Of a DNA stretch of 64,000 nt, positions 33,522 through 47,521 are shown one piece after another. Source of the stretch: Rebecca billardiae RCC1528 (Eukaryota > Protista > Haptophyta); assembly GCA_965240325.2 (NCBI GenBank), contig OZ251224.1:1116001-1180000 (forward strand), in the 5' to 3' direction. The notes under the pieces are model-generated. The model was not told the DNA's origin. It was given only the letters and a program-made list of their open reading frames with translations, and did not search any database. Numbering within the stretch: the first letter of the stretch is position 1; each line of letters begins with the position of its first letter. The position numbers were made by a program, and so were the translations under genes.

Positions 33522-33786
33522 CGTGTGGAAACGATCGCGATCGGCAAGCTGAAACAGTCGCGCGCGCGGTCTTTCAGTGCGGCGCAGGTTGAAGAAACTC
33601 GTCGCGTCAAAATTCGACGACGAAGAAATCGGCAGCAAGGAACGCGGAATAAACGGCCCGCCATACCCAGAGCATTTCTTTTCCCGCATCGACAAACAAA
33701 CTCAAGTCGTTTGGCCGCCAGGGCCGCCGGGGCGTAGCGAGCGCTAACGGGCCCCTGCTCGTCGTCAAGCTGCGCGCGCGGCCGCC

Positions 33787-36700
33787 ATGGCGCAGGACGC
33801 GAGGAAGACGTACCTCGCGCAGTGCGCCGTCAACATCCTTGGCGTGGAGCTTCCCGTGGAGAACGGCGTCTCCTGGGCCGACAGCCCCGCCGCCCTCCGC
33901 GCGCAGATAGAGAACGCGCCCGAGCTCGCGCGGTACCTCGAAGAGTCCACGGTGCCCGTCATGCAGGTGGCGTGCGTGGTGGACTCGGGGCGGTACGTCC
34001 TCCGCGTGTCGGACAGCTCGATCCTGCCTTCCAACTGCGAGCGCGCCGCCCTCTTCACCAAGTGCAGCGTCGAGCCGATCACCGCGTCGAACGTGTACCG
34101 CTCCGTGCTCGTCAACCACGTGCAGGGCTCACCCGTCACCGGCCTGCACTCGCTGCTGCACCACGTGTACAGCCCGCTGCTCTGCGACGAGGGCAGCCAG
34201 TGGTCGTCCAAGCTCGACTCCAAGTCTCGCGGCCTGATGCTGCAGGTCGAGCACGCGCTGAGCGCCGTCGCGAATGGCGGCGACGCGCCCGCGCACAGCG
34301 CAGGCACCGAGGGCGACGACGCGTCCGGCATCCTGACGCCCGCGGACGAGTGCCGGCACTGGCAGCAGGTGGCCAACCGCGCCGTGGGGGTGGGCATCGA
34401 CGCGACCGCCGTCGCCCGCGCGCAGGACTTCTGGCAGGCCCTCGAGCCCGTCGCGGAGCAGCTGGAGGGCTTCCACGAGCTGAGCGCGGCCGAGGCGCTC
34501 GAGGTGCTCGACTCGCTGCAGGACACGGTGGACAGCCTGTGGCGCAAGGGGTACCCGGAGCGGCGGATGGAGCACTTCATGCGCGTCATCGGCTCCGCCG
34601 TCGACGGCTACGTCAAGCGCAAGCTCTCGGCCGTCGACCTGTGGCGCGCGCCGTACCTGCGCATCACGCGCGCGCTCAAGGACGCGAGCGCGCTCGCCGA
34701 GCGCTGGGCGACCGTGTGCCACGAGCAGACGACGCTGTACTGGCCGAAGGACGAGCACCCGTGGTTCGGCGGGCCGTTCCGCGACCCGACCCTCGAGTCG
34801 CTCGCTGCGCGGCTCGACGACCTCCTCGGGCTGCGCGTCGTGCACCAGCAGCTGACCGCGCTGCTCGACGAGCCCGAGGTGCGCGAGCTGCGCGTACACG
34901 CCGTCTTCGACGCGTTCGCCGGGATCAACCCGCTGCACCACTCGGAGTTCTCGCGGCCGAAGTGGGCGGCGGCGATGGCCGCGTACCAGCGCGCGATGGA
35001 CGACATCGAGCTCCGCGTCGCCGACAAGCTGCGGCCGTCGCTCTCGGCGGCGGGCGCGCGGCCGCAGGCGCTGCTGCGCGAGTTCCTCCACTACCGCGAG
35101 CTGATCGCGCGGCCCAACCTGTCGCGCGCGCTCGCGCCGGAGCGCGAGATGCTGCTCGGCCAGCTCGAGGGGCACCTCTCCTCGCTGCGCGACGACTTCG
35201 ACGCGCGCACCGGCGCGCTGCTCGAGGGCAGCGGCGCCGGCTCCGGACGCGGCGCGCAGGTTGGCAAGAACCTCTCGGGCGTCGTGCACCGCGCGGTGCT
35301 CACGCGCCAGCTGCTCGCCAAGGTGGACGAGATGGTGCAGGCGACGGACGCGCTGATGGCGGACCTGCAGGGCGCCGAGCGCTTCCGCGCGAAGGCGGAG
35401 GACCTCAAGTCGTACCTCACCGACTACGGCGACCAGCAGTTCCACGAGTGGGCGGAGGAGGTGGAGCGCGCGCTGATCGACGACGCGCAGGGCATGCAGC
35501 TCAAGGGGCGGCTGATGGTGATCAACCAGGAGGACGCGTCGCTCGTGGTGAACTTCTCGGACCGGCTGGTGCAGTTCCTGCGCGAGGTGCGCCAGCTCTC
35601 CGCCGTCGGGTACACCATCCCCAAGAGCATCGCCTCCGAGGCGGAGGTGGCGAAGGTGTTCTACGCGCGCGCGGTCGCGCTGAGGCAGGTGACGAACACG
35701 TACAACAAGCTCGACGCCGAGGTGATCCGCTCGCAGAAGCCGCTGCTGCTGAACGAGGTGCTGCGCTTCGAGAAGATCGCGACGAACCCCACCTCCGGCT
35801 CCAAGGCGCCGATCACCTGGTCCGACAAGGAGCAGGTCGAGCGGTACACGCGCGACCTGCACGAGGCGCGCGAGCGGCTGCAGGAGCAGATCCGCAAGCT
35901 GCGGCGCACGCACCAGTCGTTCGGCGACGAGGTGCAGCGGCTGATGGCGACGTCGCTGCTGCACCAGCAGGAGGCGTGGAAGCGCGCGGTCGACGACCTC
36001 CGCCGCCGCGCGAACAACATGGAGGCGCACTACCCCGGCATGAAGTCGTGGCGCAACCACTGGGACGTGCAGCTGTACAAGGCGCTCGAGGTGCAGTACA
36101 AGGAGGGGCTCGAGACGCTCCACTCGACGCTGCCGCCGATCGAGGCGGAGCTGCAGTTCAAGAGCCGGCAGCTCGCGTTCAAGCCGCCGATCGAGGAGCT
36201 GCGCACCGCGTACTACAAGAAGGTCAAGGAGTTCATCTCCGTCCCCACCAAGTTCAAGGGGCTGCAGTACTACGACGACGGCAGCAAGGGCGGCGGCGGC
36301 GGCGGCGGCGCGGGCGAGGGCGGCGCCGCCGCGGGGCAGAAGCTGATGACGCTCTCGGTGTTCCGCGAGATGCCCGACCGGAACGTCGAGTCGCTGCTCG
36401 CCGTGTACCGCCAGGCCGCGCAGGTCTTCCGCAAGCTCGACGAGCTCGCCGCGTCGCTCGAGCCGTGGGTGGCGCTCGGGCGGCTCGAGTCGCTCGACGA
36501 GTTTGTGCAGAAGAACTGCGTGGAGGTCGCGCAGTGGGAGGCAAACTACGCGGCGCTCAAGGCGAAGCGGCGCGAGTCGGAGAAGCTGCCCAACTTCCAC
36601 AAGGTGGACTGCGTCACCGTCTCGCTCATCCCGTTCAAGGCCGCGCTCGAGGACCAGTACGCGCGCATGAGCGGCGCGCTCGCCGGCTCGATGAAGTCTG

Positions 36701-39700
36701 CGTTCGAGGCGCAGCGCGCAGAGGTCGAGGCGTTCATCTCCGAGTCGCGCGAGGCGCTCAAGCTGCCGCCGAGCCCGACGTACGAGGAGATCTTCCAGGC
36801 GCGCGCGGCGCGCGCCGAGATCCGCGACAAGATGCGCGAGGCCGAGGCCACCTTCCGCCAGCTCTCCGAGAAGTCGAAGATGCTCTCGTCCGCGGGCGCG
36901 TCGACCGCGGGCGCCGTGCCCGACCTGAGCGCGCTGCGCGCCGAGTGGGACGAGCTCGAGGTGGGGATCGAGGCGTTCGACGGCGTGGTGGACGAGCTGA
37001 TGCAGCAGCGCCGCGCGGGGATCGGCGAGCGCATCGCCGACGGCGAGAAGGCCGTGACCAACTTCGCCGCGCGCTGGGCGGAGCTCAAGCCGAAGACGAT
37101 CCCGGTCGGCGACGCGGGCGCGCTGCGCGACGTGACCGCGCGGCTCGAGGACCTGCAGAAGGAGTTCGAGGCGGTGGAGCTGGTGTGCGCGCAGGTGACG
37201 GACGAGTGCGAGCACTTCGGCGAGCCCACGCCCGAGTTCGAGCGCAAGGCCGAGATCAAGGCCGACGTCGAGTCCTTCACCGGCGCGATCGGGATGATCA
37301 CCGAGTTCTCGGCCGAGCTCGAGAAGCTCTCGGCCGAGGACTGGATCTCCTTCCGCGGCCGGCTGTGGGAGTTCGAGGACTTCGTCGCGGCGTGGCTGGA
37401 GAAGGCGAAGGGCTGCCCGGCGGGGCCGGTCGCCGACCACCTGCGCGACGCGCTCTCCACGCTGCGCGACGTCGCGCCCAACCTCAAGCTCGTGCGCGGC
37501 GACGGGTTCGAGGCGGTGCACTGGAACGACCTCTTCAAGCGGCTGCGCGTCGACAAGGTCGAGCTCTCGCGGCTGACGCTCGGCCACTTCGTGAAGGCGA
37601 GCGCGGCGATCGTGGAGCACGCGGAGGAGCTGAAGCAGCTCAACGCGCGCGCGACGGGCGAGGTCTCCATCCGCGAGGCCCTCGCCGAGGTGCACGCGTG
37701 GTCGCAGGACACGTCGTTCACGCTCACCGAGCACGCGGAGCGCGAGCGCAAGACGCCGCTCATCAAGGAGTGGAAGGACCTCACCACGCAGGTGTCGGAC
37801 ATGCAGTCGCTGCTCGGCTCGCTGAAGGAGTCGGCGTGGTTCGCGCCCTTCGCCGACGAGGTGAGCGCGCACGAGCGCAAGCTCACCGCCCTCGACGACT
37901 GCCTCGCCAACCTGAACGTGATCCAGCGCAAGTGGGTGTACCTCGAGCCCATCTTTGGGCGCGGCGCGATGCCGCACGAGGCCGCGCGCTTCGAGCGCGT
38001 CGACACGGAGTTCCGCTCGCTGATGCTGCAGGTGGGCGACGACCCGCGCGTGATGTCGATCCTGCGCACGCCCAACCTCGCCGAGACGCTCTCCACCATG
38101 CTCGACCAGCTCGAGCGCTGCCAGAAGGCGCTGGCCGACTTCCTCGAGGAGAAGCGGCAGCGCTTCCCGCGCTTCTACTTCATCGGCGACGACGACCTGC
38201 TCGAGATCCTCGGGCAGGCGAAGAACCCCGAGGTGATCCAGGCGCACCTGAAGAAGCTGTTCGCCGGGATCAACAAGGTCGCCTTCGGCGAGGACAACAA
38301 GACCATCGCCGCGATGCGCTCGCTCGACGGCGAGCTGGTGCCGCTGATCTCGGCGGTGGGCGTGACCGACCAGGTCGAGGGCTGGCTCTCGTCGCTCTCC
38401 GAGCTGATGCGCTCGACGCTGTCGGACGAGCTGGCGGGCACGCTGCGCTCGCGCGAGACGAACCTGCAGAAGACCTCGCAGCAGGTGCTGCTCGTCTCCG
38501 AGATGATCAACTTCACCGCCGACTGCGAGGCGGCGCTGAGCGGCGGCGGGCGCGCGCTGTCCAAGCTGCGCGCCGACCTGCTCGCGCGGCTCAACGAGTA
38601 CACGCAGCTCGAGACCGACTCGGCCCTGCTGCAGACGAAGCTCAAGGCGGTGCTGCTCGACCTGATCCACAACATGGACGTGGTCGACCAGCTCCTCCGC
38701 GCGAACACCGGCTCGCCCGCCGAGTGGCAGTGGCGCAAGCAGCTGCGGTACTACGCGCCCGAGCAGGCGCGCGGCTCGGGCGCGTGCACGCTCACGATGG
38801 TCGACGCGTCGTTCGACTACACGTTCGAGTACCAGGGCAACGCGGCGAAGCTGGTGCACACGCCGCTGACGGACAAGTGCTACCTCACGCTCACGCAGGC
38901 GATGCACATGGGCTACGGCGGCAACCCGTACGGCCCGGCGGGCACGGGCAAGACCGAGTCGGTGAAGGCGCTCGGCCAGGCATTCGGCCGGCAGGTGCTC
39001 GTCTTCAACTGCGACGAGGGCATCGACTCGCAGTCGATGGGGCGGATCTTCGTCGGCCTCGTCAAGTGCGGCGCGTGGGGCTGCTTCGACGAGTTCAACC
39101 GCCTGCTGCCCGACCAGCTCTCCGAGATCTCGCAGCAGATCCAGCTGATCCAGCACGCGATCAAGACGCGCCAGCCGCAGGTCGAGCTGCTCGGCGCGCC
39201 CGCGACCGTCGACCTCAACGCGGCGATCTTCGTCACGATGAACCCGGCGGGCAAGGGGTACGGCGGGCGGTCGAAGCTGCCGGACAACCTGAAGGCGCTC
39301 TTCCGCGCGATCGCCATGTCCGCGCCGGACAACGAGCTGATCGCCGAGGTGATGATGTACTCGGAGGGGTTCAACCACGCCAAGGAGCTCGGCTCCAAGC
39401 TCGTCGCCATCTTCAAGCTCTCCAAGCAGCTGCTCTCGCCGCAGCAGCACTACGACTGGGGGCTGCGCGCGCTCAAGACGGTGCTGCGCGTCGCGGGGCA
39501 GCTCGTCGCCTCCGAGAAGAAGCGCACGGGCGGGCAGCCGCTCTCGCGCGCGGTCGAGGAGTCGGCTGTGATCAAGGCGCTGCGCATCAACACGCTCTCC
39601 AAGCTCACGTACGGCGACACCGAGGCGTTCAACGCGCTGATCGGCGACGTGTTCCCCGGCGCGGCGGTGCAGGACATCGCGTACGACGAGATCGAGGCGG

Positions 39701-42700
39701 CGATCCGCGCGGTGCTCGAGAAGCAGGGGCTGCAGCCGCTCGAGCTGCAGATCAAGAAGATGCTGCAGTTCTACGAGGCGACGCAGCAGCGGATGGGCGT
39801 CGTGATCGTCGGCCCGTCCGGCTCGGGCAAGACGACGATCTGCCGCACGCTGCGCGCGGCGCTCGAGTCGCTGGGGCGCAAGATCCCGATGTACACGATG
39901 AACCCCAAGGCGATGCCGCGCGAGCAGCTCCTCGGCAAGATGGACCTCGACACGCGCGAGTGGTTCGACGGCGTGCTCACCGCCTCGTCGCGCAAGGTCG
40001 TCAAGGAGCCGGCCGAGGTGCGCTCGTGGATCTTCTGCGACGGCGACATCGACCCGGAGTGGATCGAGTCGCTCAACTCGGTGCTCGACGACAACCACCT
40101 GCTCACCATGCCCTCGGGCGAGCGCATCCAGTTCGGGCCGAACGTCAACTTCATCTTCGAGACGCACGACCTCAAGTTCGCCTCGCCCGCGACCATCTCG
40201 CGCATGGGCATGATCTTCCTCTCGGAGGAGTCGACCGACGTGGAGTGCATCGTGCAGTCGTGGATCCGCACGCTCGAGCCCGACGTGCAGTCGAAGATGG
40301 ACGGCTGGATCTCCGACTACTTCTACCACGCGCTCAAGTGGGTGCTGGGCGCGGACGCGGCGGGCGTCGCGCTCGCGACGACCAAGGCGGGCGTCGTCAA
40401 GGGCGGGCTCTCGCACCTCGAGGGCGCGCGGACGAAGGGCGCGTTCATCGCGGGGATCGTGCGCGGGCTCGGCTCGAACCTGCTCCCCGAGAAGCGCACC
40501 GAGTTCGCCAAGGCCGTGTACACGTGGGCCAACGAGAACCCGGCGGACCGCAACCGGCCGCTCAACTCGTTCTGGGACGAGCGCAGCGGCGGCCACGCGC
40601 AGTACGAGCTCGACCTCTCGGCGCCGCCGACGATCGAGGACCTGAACAGCGTGGCCGGGCCGATGGTGAGCACGCCCGACGTGCAGCGCGACATGGCGAT
40701 GGTCACGCCGTGGCTCGAGCGCATGGAGCCGTTCATCCTCGTCGGGCCGGAGGGGTGCGGCAAGAACATGCTGCTGCAGCACGCGTTTGGCCGGCTGCGC
40801 GGCGCGCAGGTCGCGGTCGTGCACTGCTCGGCGCAGACCAAGTCGTCGCAGGTGATCCAGAAGCTGACGCAGGCGTGCGTCTCCTCGGCCACGCAGTCCG
40901 GCCGCGTCTTCCGCCCGAAGGAGGGCTCGCGCCTCATCCTGTACCTCAAGGACATCAACCTGCCCAAGCCGGACAAGTACGAGACGTCCGAGCTGGTCGA
41001 GTTCCTGCAGCAGCTCGTCACGTACCGCGGCTTCTACGACAAGCAGCTCGAGTGGGTGGGGCTGGACAAGGTGCAGATCGTGTGCTCGATCAACCCGGCC
41101 TCGACGCTCGGGCGCTACGCCCTCTCCACGCGCTTCACAGCCAACGTGCGCATCGCGTGCATCGACTACCCCGACCGCGACGCGCTCACGACCGTGTACG
41201 GCTCGCTCTGCGGCGCGATGCTGCACTCGTGCTGCGAGGGCTCGTCGCAGTGGGACAACGCGGGCGCGGCGCGCAAGCTCGCCGCGTGCATGGTCGAGGT
41301 GTACGAGTCGGTGCGGCGCAAGTTCTCGCCCGACGAGCACCGGCACTACCAGTACTCGCCGCGCGAGCTCACGCGCTGGGTGCGCGGGCTGCTGCGGTAC
41401 GACATGACGCTCAACGGCGCGAGCCTGCTGGACACGTGGGCGAACGAGGGCGCGCGGCTGCTGCGCGACCGGCTGGTCGACACGCAGGCGCAGTCGCGCT
41501 TCGACGCGCTCCTCGCCGCCGCCGTGCGCTCGCACTTCTCGCAGGCCATCGACGAGGCGGGCGAGTGCAAGTACACGACGTGGACCGCGCCGCCCGGCGA
41601 GGCGGTGCCCAAGGCGGGCGCGGCGCCGCGGCTGCTGCCGCTGCGCCGCGCGGCGCGGAAGGAGCTCAAGGCGCACGTCGAGCGTGGGCTGCAGATGTTC
41701 GGCCGCGAGGTGAAGGAGCTGCACATCCAGCTCTTCCCCGAGGCGCTCGACCACATCATCCACTTCGAGCGCGTGCTCTCGCAGGATGCCGGCCACCTGC
41801 TGCTCATCGGCCGCTCGGGCGTGGGCCGGCGCTCGCTCGTCGCGCTCGCGAGCTACATGCACGAGATGGAGCTGTTCACGCCGTGCATCACGCGCGACTA
41901 CGAGCTCAAGCACTTCCGCATCGACCTGAAGGCCGCGCTGACCGCGGCGGGCGTGCAGGGGCGGCACGTGTGCCTGCTGATCGAGGACTACCAGCTCACC
42001 AAGCCCGAGTTCATCGAGATGGTGAACTCGCTGCTCTCGGCGGGCGAGATCTCGGGGCTGTACACGCCCGAGGAGCTCGAGCCGCTGCTCGCGCCGCTGA
42101 AGGAGGAGATGGGCGCGGCGGGCACGCACCGCTCGCTGTACGACTTCTTTGTGGCGCGGTGCGCGGTGTACTGCCACGTCGTGCTCTCGATGGACCCGAC
42201 CAACGAGCAGTTCGCGATGCGGTGCGAGTCGAACCCGGCGCTGTTCACGCGCTGCTCGATCCTGTGGATGGGCTCGTGGGGGCCCGACGCGATGAGCGCG
42301 CTGCCCGGCCCGACGATCAAGGAGTCCGAGCTGCCCGCCGAGCTCGTCGAGCCGATCACCAAGGCGTTTGTCACTCTGCACGGCTCGCAGGCCAAGCGCG
42401 GCCACCTCGACCGCGGCGCGGTGCCGCGCAACTACGTCTCGCTCGTGGGCACGTGGAGCAAGATCTACACCGCCAAGCGCGCCGAGGTGACCGAGCGCGT
42501 GGAGCACCTCAACGGCGGGCTGCGCAAGCTGAACGACGCGGCGAAGGCGGTGGACACGCTCTCGCGCCGCGCGAACGAGCAGCGCACGCTGCTCGCCGAG
42601 GCGCAGAAGCTGGCGGACTCGGCGATGGTCGAGATCCAGAAGGCGATGGAGCAGGCGCTCGAGCGCAAGAAGGAGGTGGAGGAGCTGCAGGGCCGGCTCG

Positions 42701-45700
42701 GCGTGGAGGAGCAGGAGATGACGGTGCGCAAGGCGGGCATCGAGACCGAGCTCTCCAAGGCGATCCCGGTGCTCGAGGCGGCGCGCCAGGCGGTCGGCGG
42801 CATCCGCTCCGACAACCTCAACGAGATCCGGAGCCTCAAGCTGCCGCCCGAGGCGATCCGCGACGTGCTCGAGGGGGTGCTGCGCATCATGGGCAACTTC
42901 GACACGTCGTGGATCTCGATGAAGCGCTTCCTCGGCTCGAAGGCCGTCAAGGACGAGATCCTCGACTTCGACCCGCGCAAGATCACGCCCGACGTGCGCG
43001 AGGCGGTGATGCAGATCATGCGGCAGAAGGCGTCCTCGTTCGAGGAGGCGACGATCCGGCGCGTCTCGGTCGCGGCCGCGCCGCTCGCGGCGTGGGTGCG
43101 CGCCAACATCGAGTTCTCCACCGTGCTCCACCGCGTCGCGCCGCTCGAGGCGCAGAACGCCGAGCTCGAGCTCAAGCTGCGCGCGTCCAAGCAGCGGCTG
43201 ATCGAGTGCCAGGAGCAGCTCGCGCACCTCGACTCGCGCGTGGCGATGCTCAAGAACGACTTCGCCAAGAAGACCTCCGAGGCCGAGCAGCTCAAGTTCT
43301 CGCTCGAGAAGGCGGAGACCACGCTCGCGGCGGCGCAGAAGCTGATCGAGAAGCTCGGCGGCGAGCGCAAGCGCTGGGACGCGCAGCTGCAGACGCTCAG
43401 CGCCGACCTGCGGCGCGTGCCCACCAAGGCGCTGCTCGCGGCCGCGTTCATCACGTACCTGGCGGACGAGGAGGAGGCGGCGCGGCACCGCACGGTCGGG
43501 CAGTGGGCCGAGCTGCTCGGCGCGCCCGACGCGGGCTTTGGCGGCGGCGGCGGCGCGGCGCACGCCGACTTTGTGCTCCAGCGCTTCCTCTCGACCGAGG
43601 GCGAGCTGCTCTCGTGGAAGGCGCAGGGGCTGCCCGGCGACGTGCTCTCGATGGACAACGCGCTCGTGATCAAGTACTCGGTCGACGTGCCGTTCGTGAT
43701 CGACCCGTCGTCGCAGGCGACCAACTGGCTCGTCTCGCACGTGCAGGCGCAGGGCACGGTCGAGTGCGTCACGCCGCACGAGCAGCGCTTCTCAAACGCG
43801 CTCGAGCTCGCCGTCCGGTTCGGCAAGACCCTGGTCGTGCAGGAGGTGGACACGGTCGAGCCGGTGCTCGTGCCGATCCTGCGGCGCGACCTCGTGCACC
43901 AGGGCCCGCGCTGGGTCGTGCAGGTGGGCGAGAAGCAGATCGACTACAACGAGTCGTTCAAGCTGCTGCTCACCACGCGCAACCAGACGCCCGACCTGCC
44001 GCCCGACGCGGCCGCGCTCGTCACCGTCGTCAACTTCTCGGTCACGCGCGGCGGGCTCGAGGGGCAGCTGCTCGGCCTGACCATCCAGCACGAGCAGCCG
44101 GAGCTCGAGTCGCAGAAGTCGCAGCTGCTGCAGTCCGAGGAGGAGCTCAAGGTGCAGCTCGAGAACCTCGAGCGCAAGCTGCTCGACGAGCTCGCGACCT
44201 CGACGGGCAACATCCTCGAGAACACCGCGCTCATCGAGTCGCTCAACGAGACCAAGGCCAAGTCGAACACGATCTCGGAGAAGCTGAAGCAGTCGACCGA
44301 GCTGCAGGTCTCGCTCGACGAGCAGCGCGACGTGTACCGCGCCGTCGCCGCGCGCGGCTCGGCGATCTACTTTGCGCTGAACGACCTGCGCCGGCTGAAC
44401 CACATGTACCAGTTCTCGCTGCCGCAGTTCCTCGCGCTCTTCCGCCAGTCGCTGCAGTCGAACGCGGGCGGCGGCGGCGGCGCGCAGGAGCGCATCCAGG
44501 GGCTGTGCGTCGACCTGCAGATGCGCACGTTCCAGCACGTCTCGCGCTCGCTCTTCAAGGCGGACCGGCTCACGTTCGCGCTGCACCTCGCGCACGCGCT
44601 CGCGCCGGACCGCTTTGGCGACGACGAGTGGCGTGTCTTCACGCGCCGCTCGGTGCGCAGCGGCGGCATGGGCTCGTCGATCCAGGTGCCGTCGTGGGTG
44701 CCGGCCGACCGGCAGCCGGACACGATGCTGCTCTCGGCGGCGATGCCGCAGCTCATCACCACCTGCGGCCTCGCGACGAACAACGCGGAGTGGGCGGCGT
44801 GGACGTCGTCGGCCGCGCCCGAGAGCAACCCGCCTCGCTCGATGCCGTCGAGCGTCACGCGCTTCCAGTTCCTGCTGCTGCTGCAGGCGCTGCGGCCCGA
44901 GCGGCTCGAGCCGGCGCTGCGCGACTTTGTGTGCGACATCCTCAAGATGCCCTCGCTCTCCACCGCCTCGGGCTCGCTGCACCACGTGCGCGACGAGGGC
45001 GCGGACCCGTCGCAGCCGATCCTGCTGATCACGACCGCCGGCGCCGACCCGAGCGCCGAGCTCGAGGAGCTCGCCGCGCGCGTGATGCCCGGCCGCTTCC
45101 GCCAGCTGGCGATGGGCGGGCAGCAGATGGGCGCGGCGCTGCAGCTCGTGCGCGACGGCGCCGCGCGCGGCGACTGGGTCTGCCTCAAGAACCTGCACCT
45201 CGTCGTGCACTGGGTGCCGCAGCTGGCCAAGGAGCTGTCGGCGACCACGCCGCACGCCGAGTTCCGGCTGTGGCTCACCACGGAGGCGCACCCGCTCTTC
45301 TCGCCCATCGTGCTGCAGCAGAGCCTCAAGGTGACGTTCGAGGCGCCGCCCGGGCTGCAGTCCAACCTGCAGCGCACGTACGAGACCTGGACGCCCGAGT
45401 ACATCGAGGGCGGCTCGCTGCAGCGCGCGCAGCTCCTGTTTGTTCTCGCGTGGTTCCACGCGGTGCTGCAGGAGCGCCGCACGTACATCCCGCAGGGCTG
45501 GACCAAGTTCTACGAGTTCTCGCCCGCCGACCTGCGCTCCGCCGCGGACATGATGGCGCCGCTCGGCGCGTCCGGCCCGCCCGACGTGGACACCGTGCAC
45601 GGCCTGCTCAACACGAGCGTGTACGGCGGCCGGCTCGAGACGCCGACCGACCAGCGGGTGCTCGAGTCGTACATGCGGCAGTACTTCTCGCCCGAGCTGC

Positions 45701-47083
45701 TGAGCGGCCGCGGCATGCAGCGCAAGCTGGGCAACTTCCTCACGCCGCCGCAGTCGGGGCGGCACGCGGATTACGTGCGCGCGATCCAGTCCCTCCCCTC
45801 GCAGGACTCGCCCGCGCTCTTCGGCCTCGCGCACAACGCGAACCGCGCGATCGCCGCGCGCTCGTCCACGTACGTGATGACCAGCCTGCGCACGCTCGCC
45901 ACGCCCGCCGAGGCGCACGCGTCCTTCGACCGCGAGCAGTGGTCGCTCGAGCTCTCGCCGCTGCTCAACCTGTGGCAGAAGCTGCTGCGCAGGGACAACC
46001 TGCTCGAGCTCAGCGCGCAGGGCAGCGCGCGCTCCGCCGCGGCGGGCGCCGACTCGCCGGTCAACCGGTTTGTGTCGCTCGAGCAGGAGAAGGTGGCGGC
46101 GCTGATCGCGCTCGTCGACCTCACGCTCTCCTCGATCGCGCGCGTCGTGCGCGGCGCCGAGCTGCTCACGGGGAGCGTGCAGAAGAACGGCGCGCTGCTG
46201 ATCGCCTCGTCCGTGCCGCCCGCCTGGGCCGAGCTGTGGGAGGGGCCGGCCGAGCCGGGCGCGTGGATCCGCGCGGTCGCGGCGCGCGCGGTCGGGATCG
46301 CGAGCTGGTGGCAGCGTGTGGACGCGGGCTCGCTGCTGCAGTCGCCGCTCAAGCTGTCCGAGCTGCTCAACCCGGGCAACCTGCTCAACGCGCTGCGGCA
46401 ACAGGCGGCGCGCGCCGCGCGCACCTCGATCGACGCGCTGCGCCTCACGTGCGCCCTCGACCGCGGCGCGCTCAAGAACTTGCCGGCCGAGCCCGTGCAG
46501 GTGAGCGCGCGCGCGCCCCGCAGTCGCGCCTCCCCGCGCGCGCCCTCGTCGGCCCCGTCTCACCGCCGCCGACGAGCGCCGGCCGCACCGCCGCCCCCGC
46601 TCTGCTCTCCCTCGCGCGCCACGCCCCGCTCGTGTGCGCAGCTTGTCTCGCTCATCGTGCAGGGCGCGGTCATCTCAGAGGCGGACGGGCGCGGGCTGGT
46701 CGAGGCCCCGCCCGATGCGGCGCTGTTCCACGTGATGCCGCCGCTCTGGCTCGCGTGGACCCCTCAGGACGCGCCCGAGCCGTACCCGGCCGACCGCAGC
46801 GTGACGCTCCCGGTGTATCTCGACACGGAGCGGGCGAGCATGTGCGCGCACGCGCCCCGGACGACAGCGGCCTCGCTCGCGCGCGACAGCTCGGCAGCCT
46901 GCGTGCGCCGCGCGAAGACGGCCTGCTGACCTGTCCGCGCGCGCTCGATTGCGCGGCGACCCCGCGTGATGCCCTGTCTGCGCCTCGCCGCGCGTCAGGT
47001 TGGCCGAGCTGCGCATGCCGTGCGAAGGCACGGAGACGACGTGGGTGCAGGCAGGAGCCGCCATCTTCGTCTCCGCCGAATAG
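33787..47083 (+). CDS. DYNC2H1: Cytoplasmic dynein 2 (retrograde IFT) heavy chain
   Basis: P1 GPAGTGKTESVKALG..GRQVLVFNCDEGID..GLVKCGAWGCFDEFNRL, P2 GPSGSGKT, P3 GPEGCGK, P4 GRSGVGRR. Introns 46501-46641 and 46842-46998 give the C-terminus WVQAGAAIFVSAE*. Confidence 0.97.
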
Positions 47084-47521
47084 CAGTATGAGTAGCACTA
47101 GCAGTCGCGCGGCATGGCCCATGCCGCATGCGCTCAGAATATATTCGCGTCTGCTATTTATATTACGCGCGCTAGTAGTACTGCTGACGATGATGATATG
47201 TCTGATGATGGCGGTATAGTCGTAAGACGTAACGCGGGGCGTTTTTATAATGACCGCGTTCCGCGGTCCTTTTCTGCTGCTGCTCGAATCAACGCAGAAT
47301 AACTTGGGGCGGGCCCGCGGTGGCCGTGCAATCGCGTCAGCTCACTCCGCCGTGGCAGATCGCCAGTTGAGCAGTGAAGTACGGTGATGAGTCCCGGACC
47401 GTCGCCTGCCTGCGACTGCTTGCGAGATCGACTCACTCACTCATACACTTCACAGCAGCGCGAGACTCACTCACACTTCGTTCACACAATCACAGCAGCA
47501 GCGGACCTGAGACCGCACCGG

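Noticed and set aside
33822-47219. 4465-aa overlapping plus-strand ORF and 3216-aa antisense ORF over dynein
   Set aside because: Shadow frames: near-total G/C at third codon positions removes stops from these two frames, and the translations show no domain.
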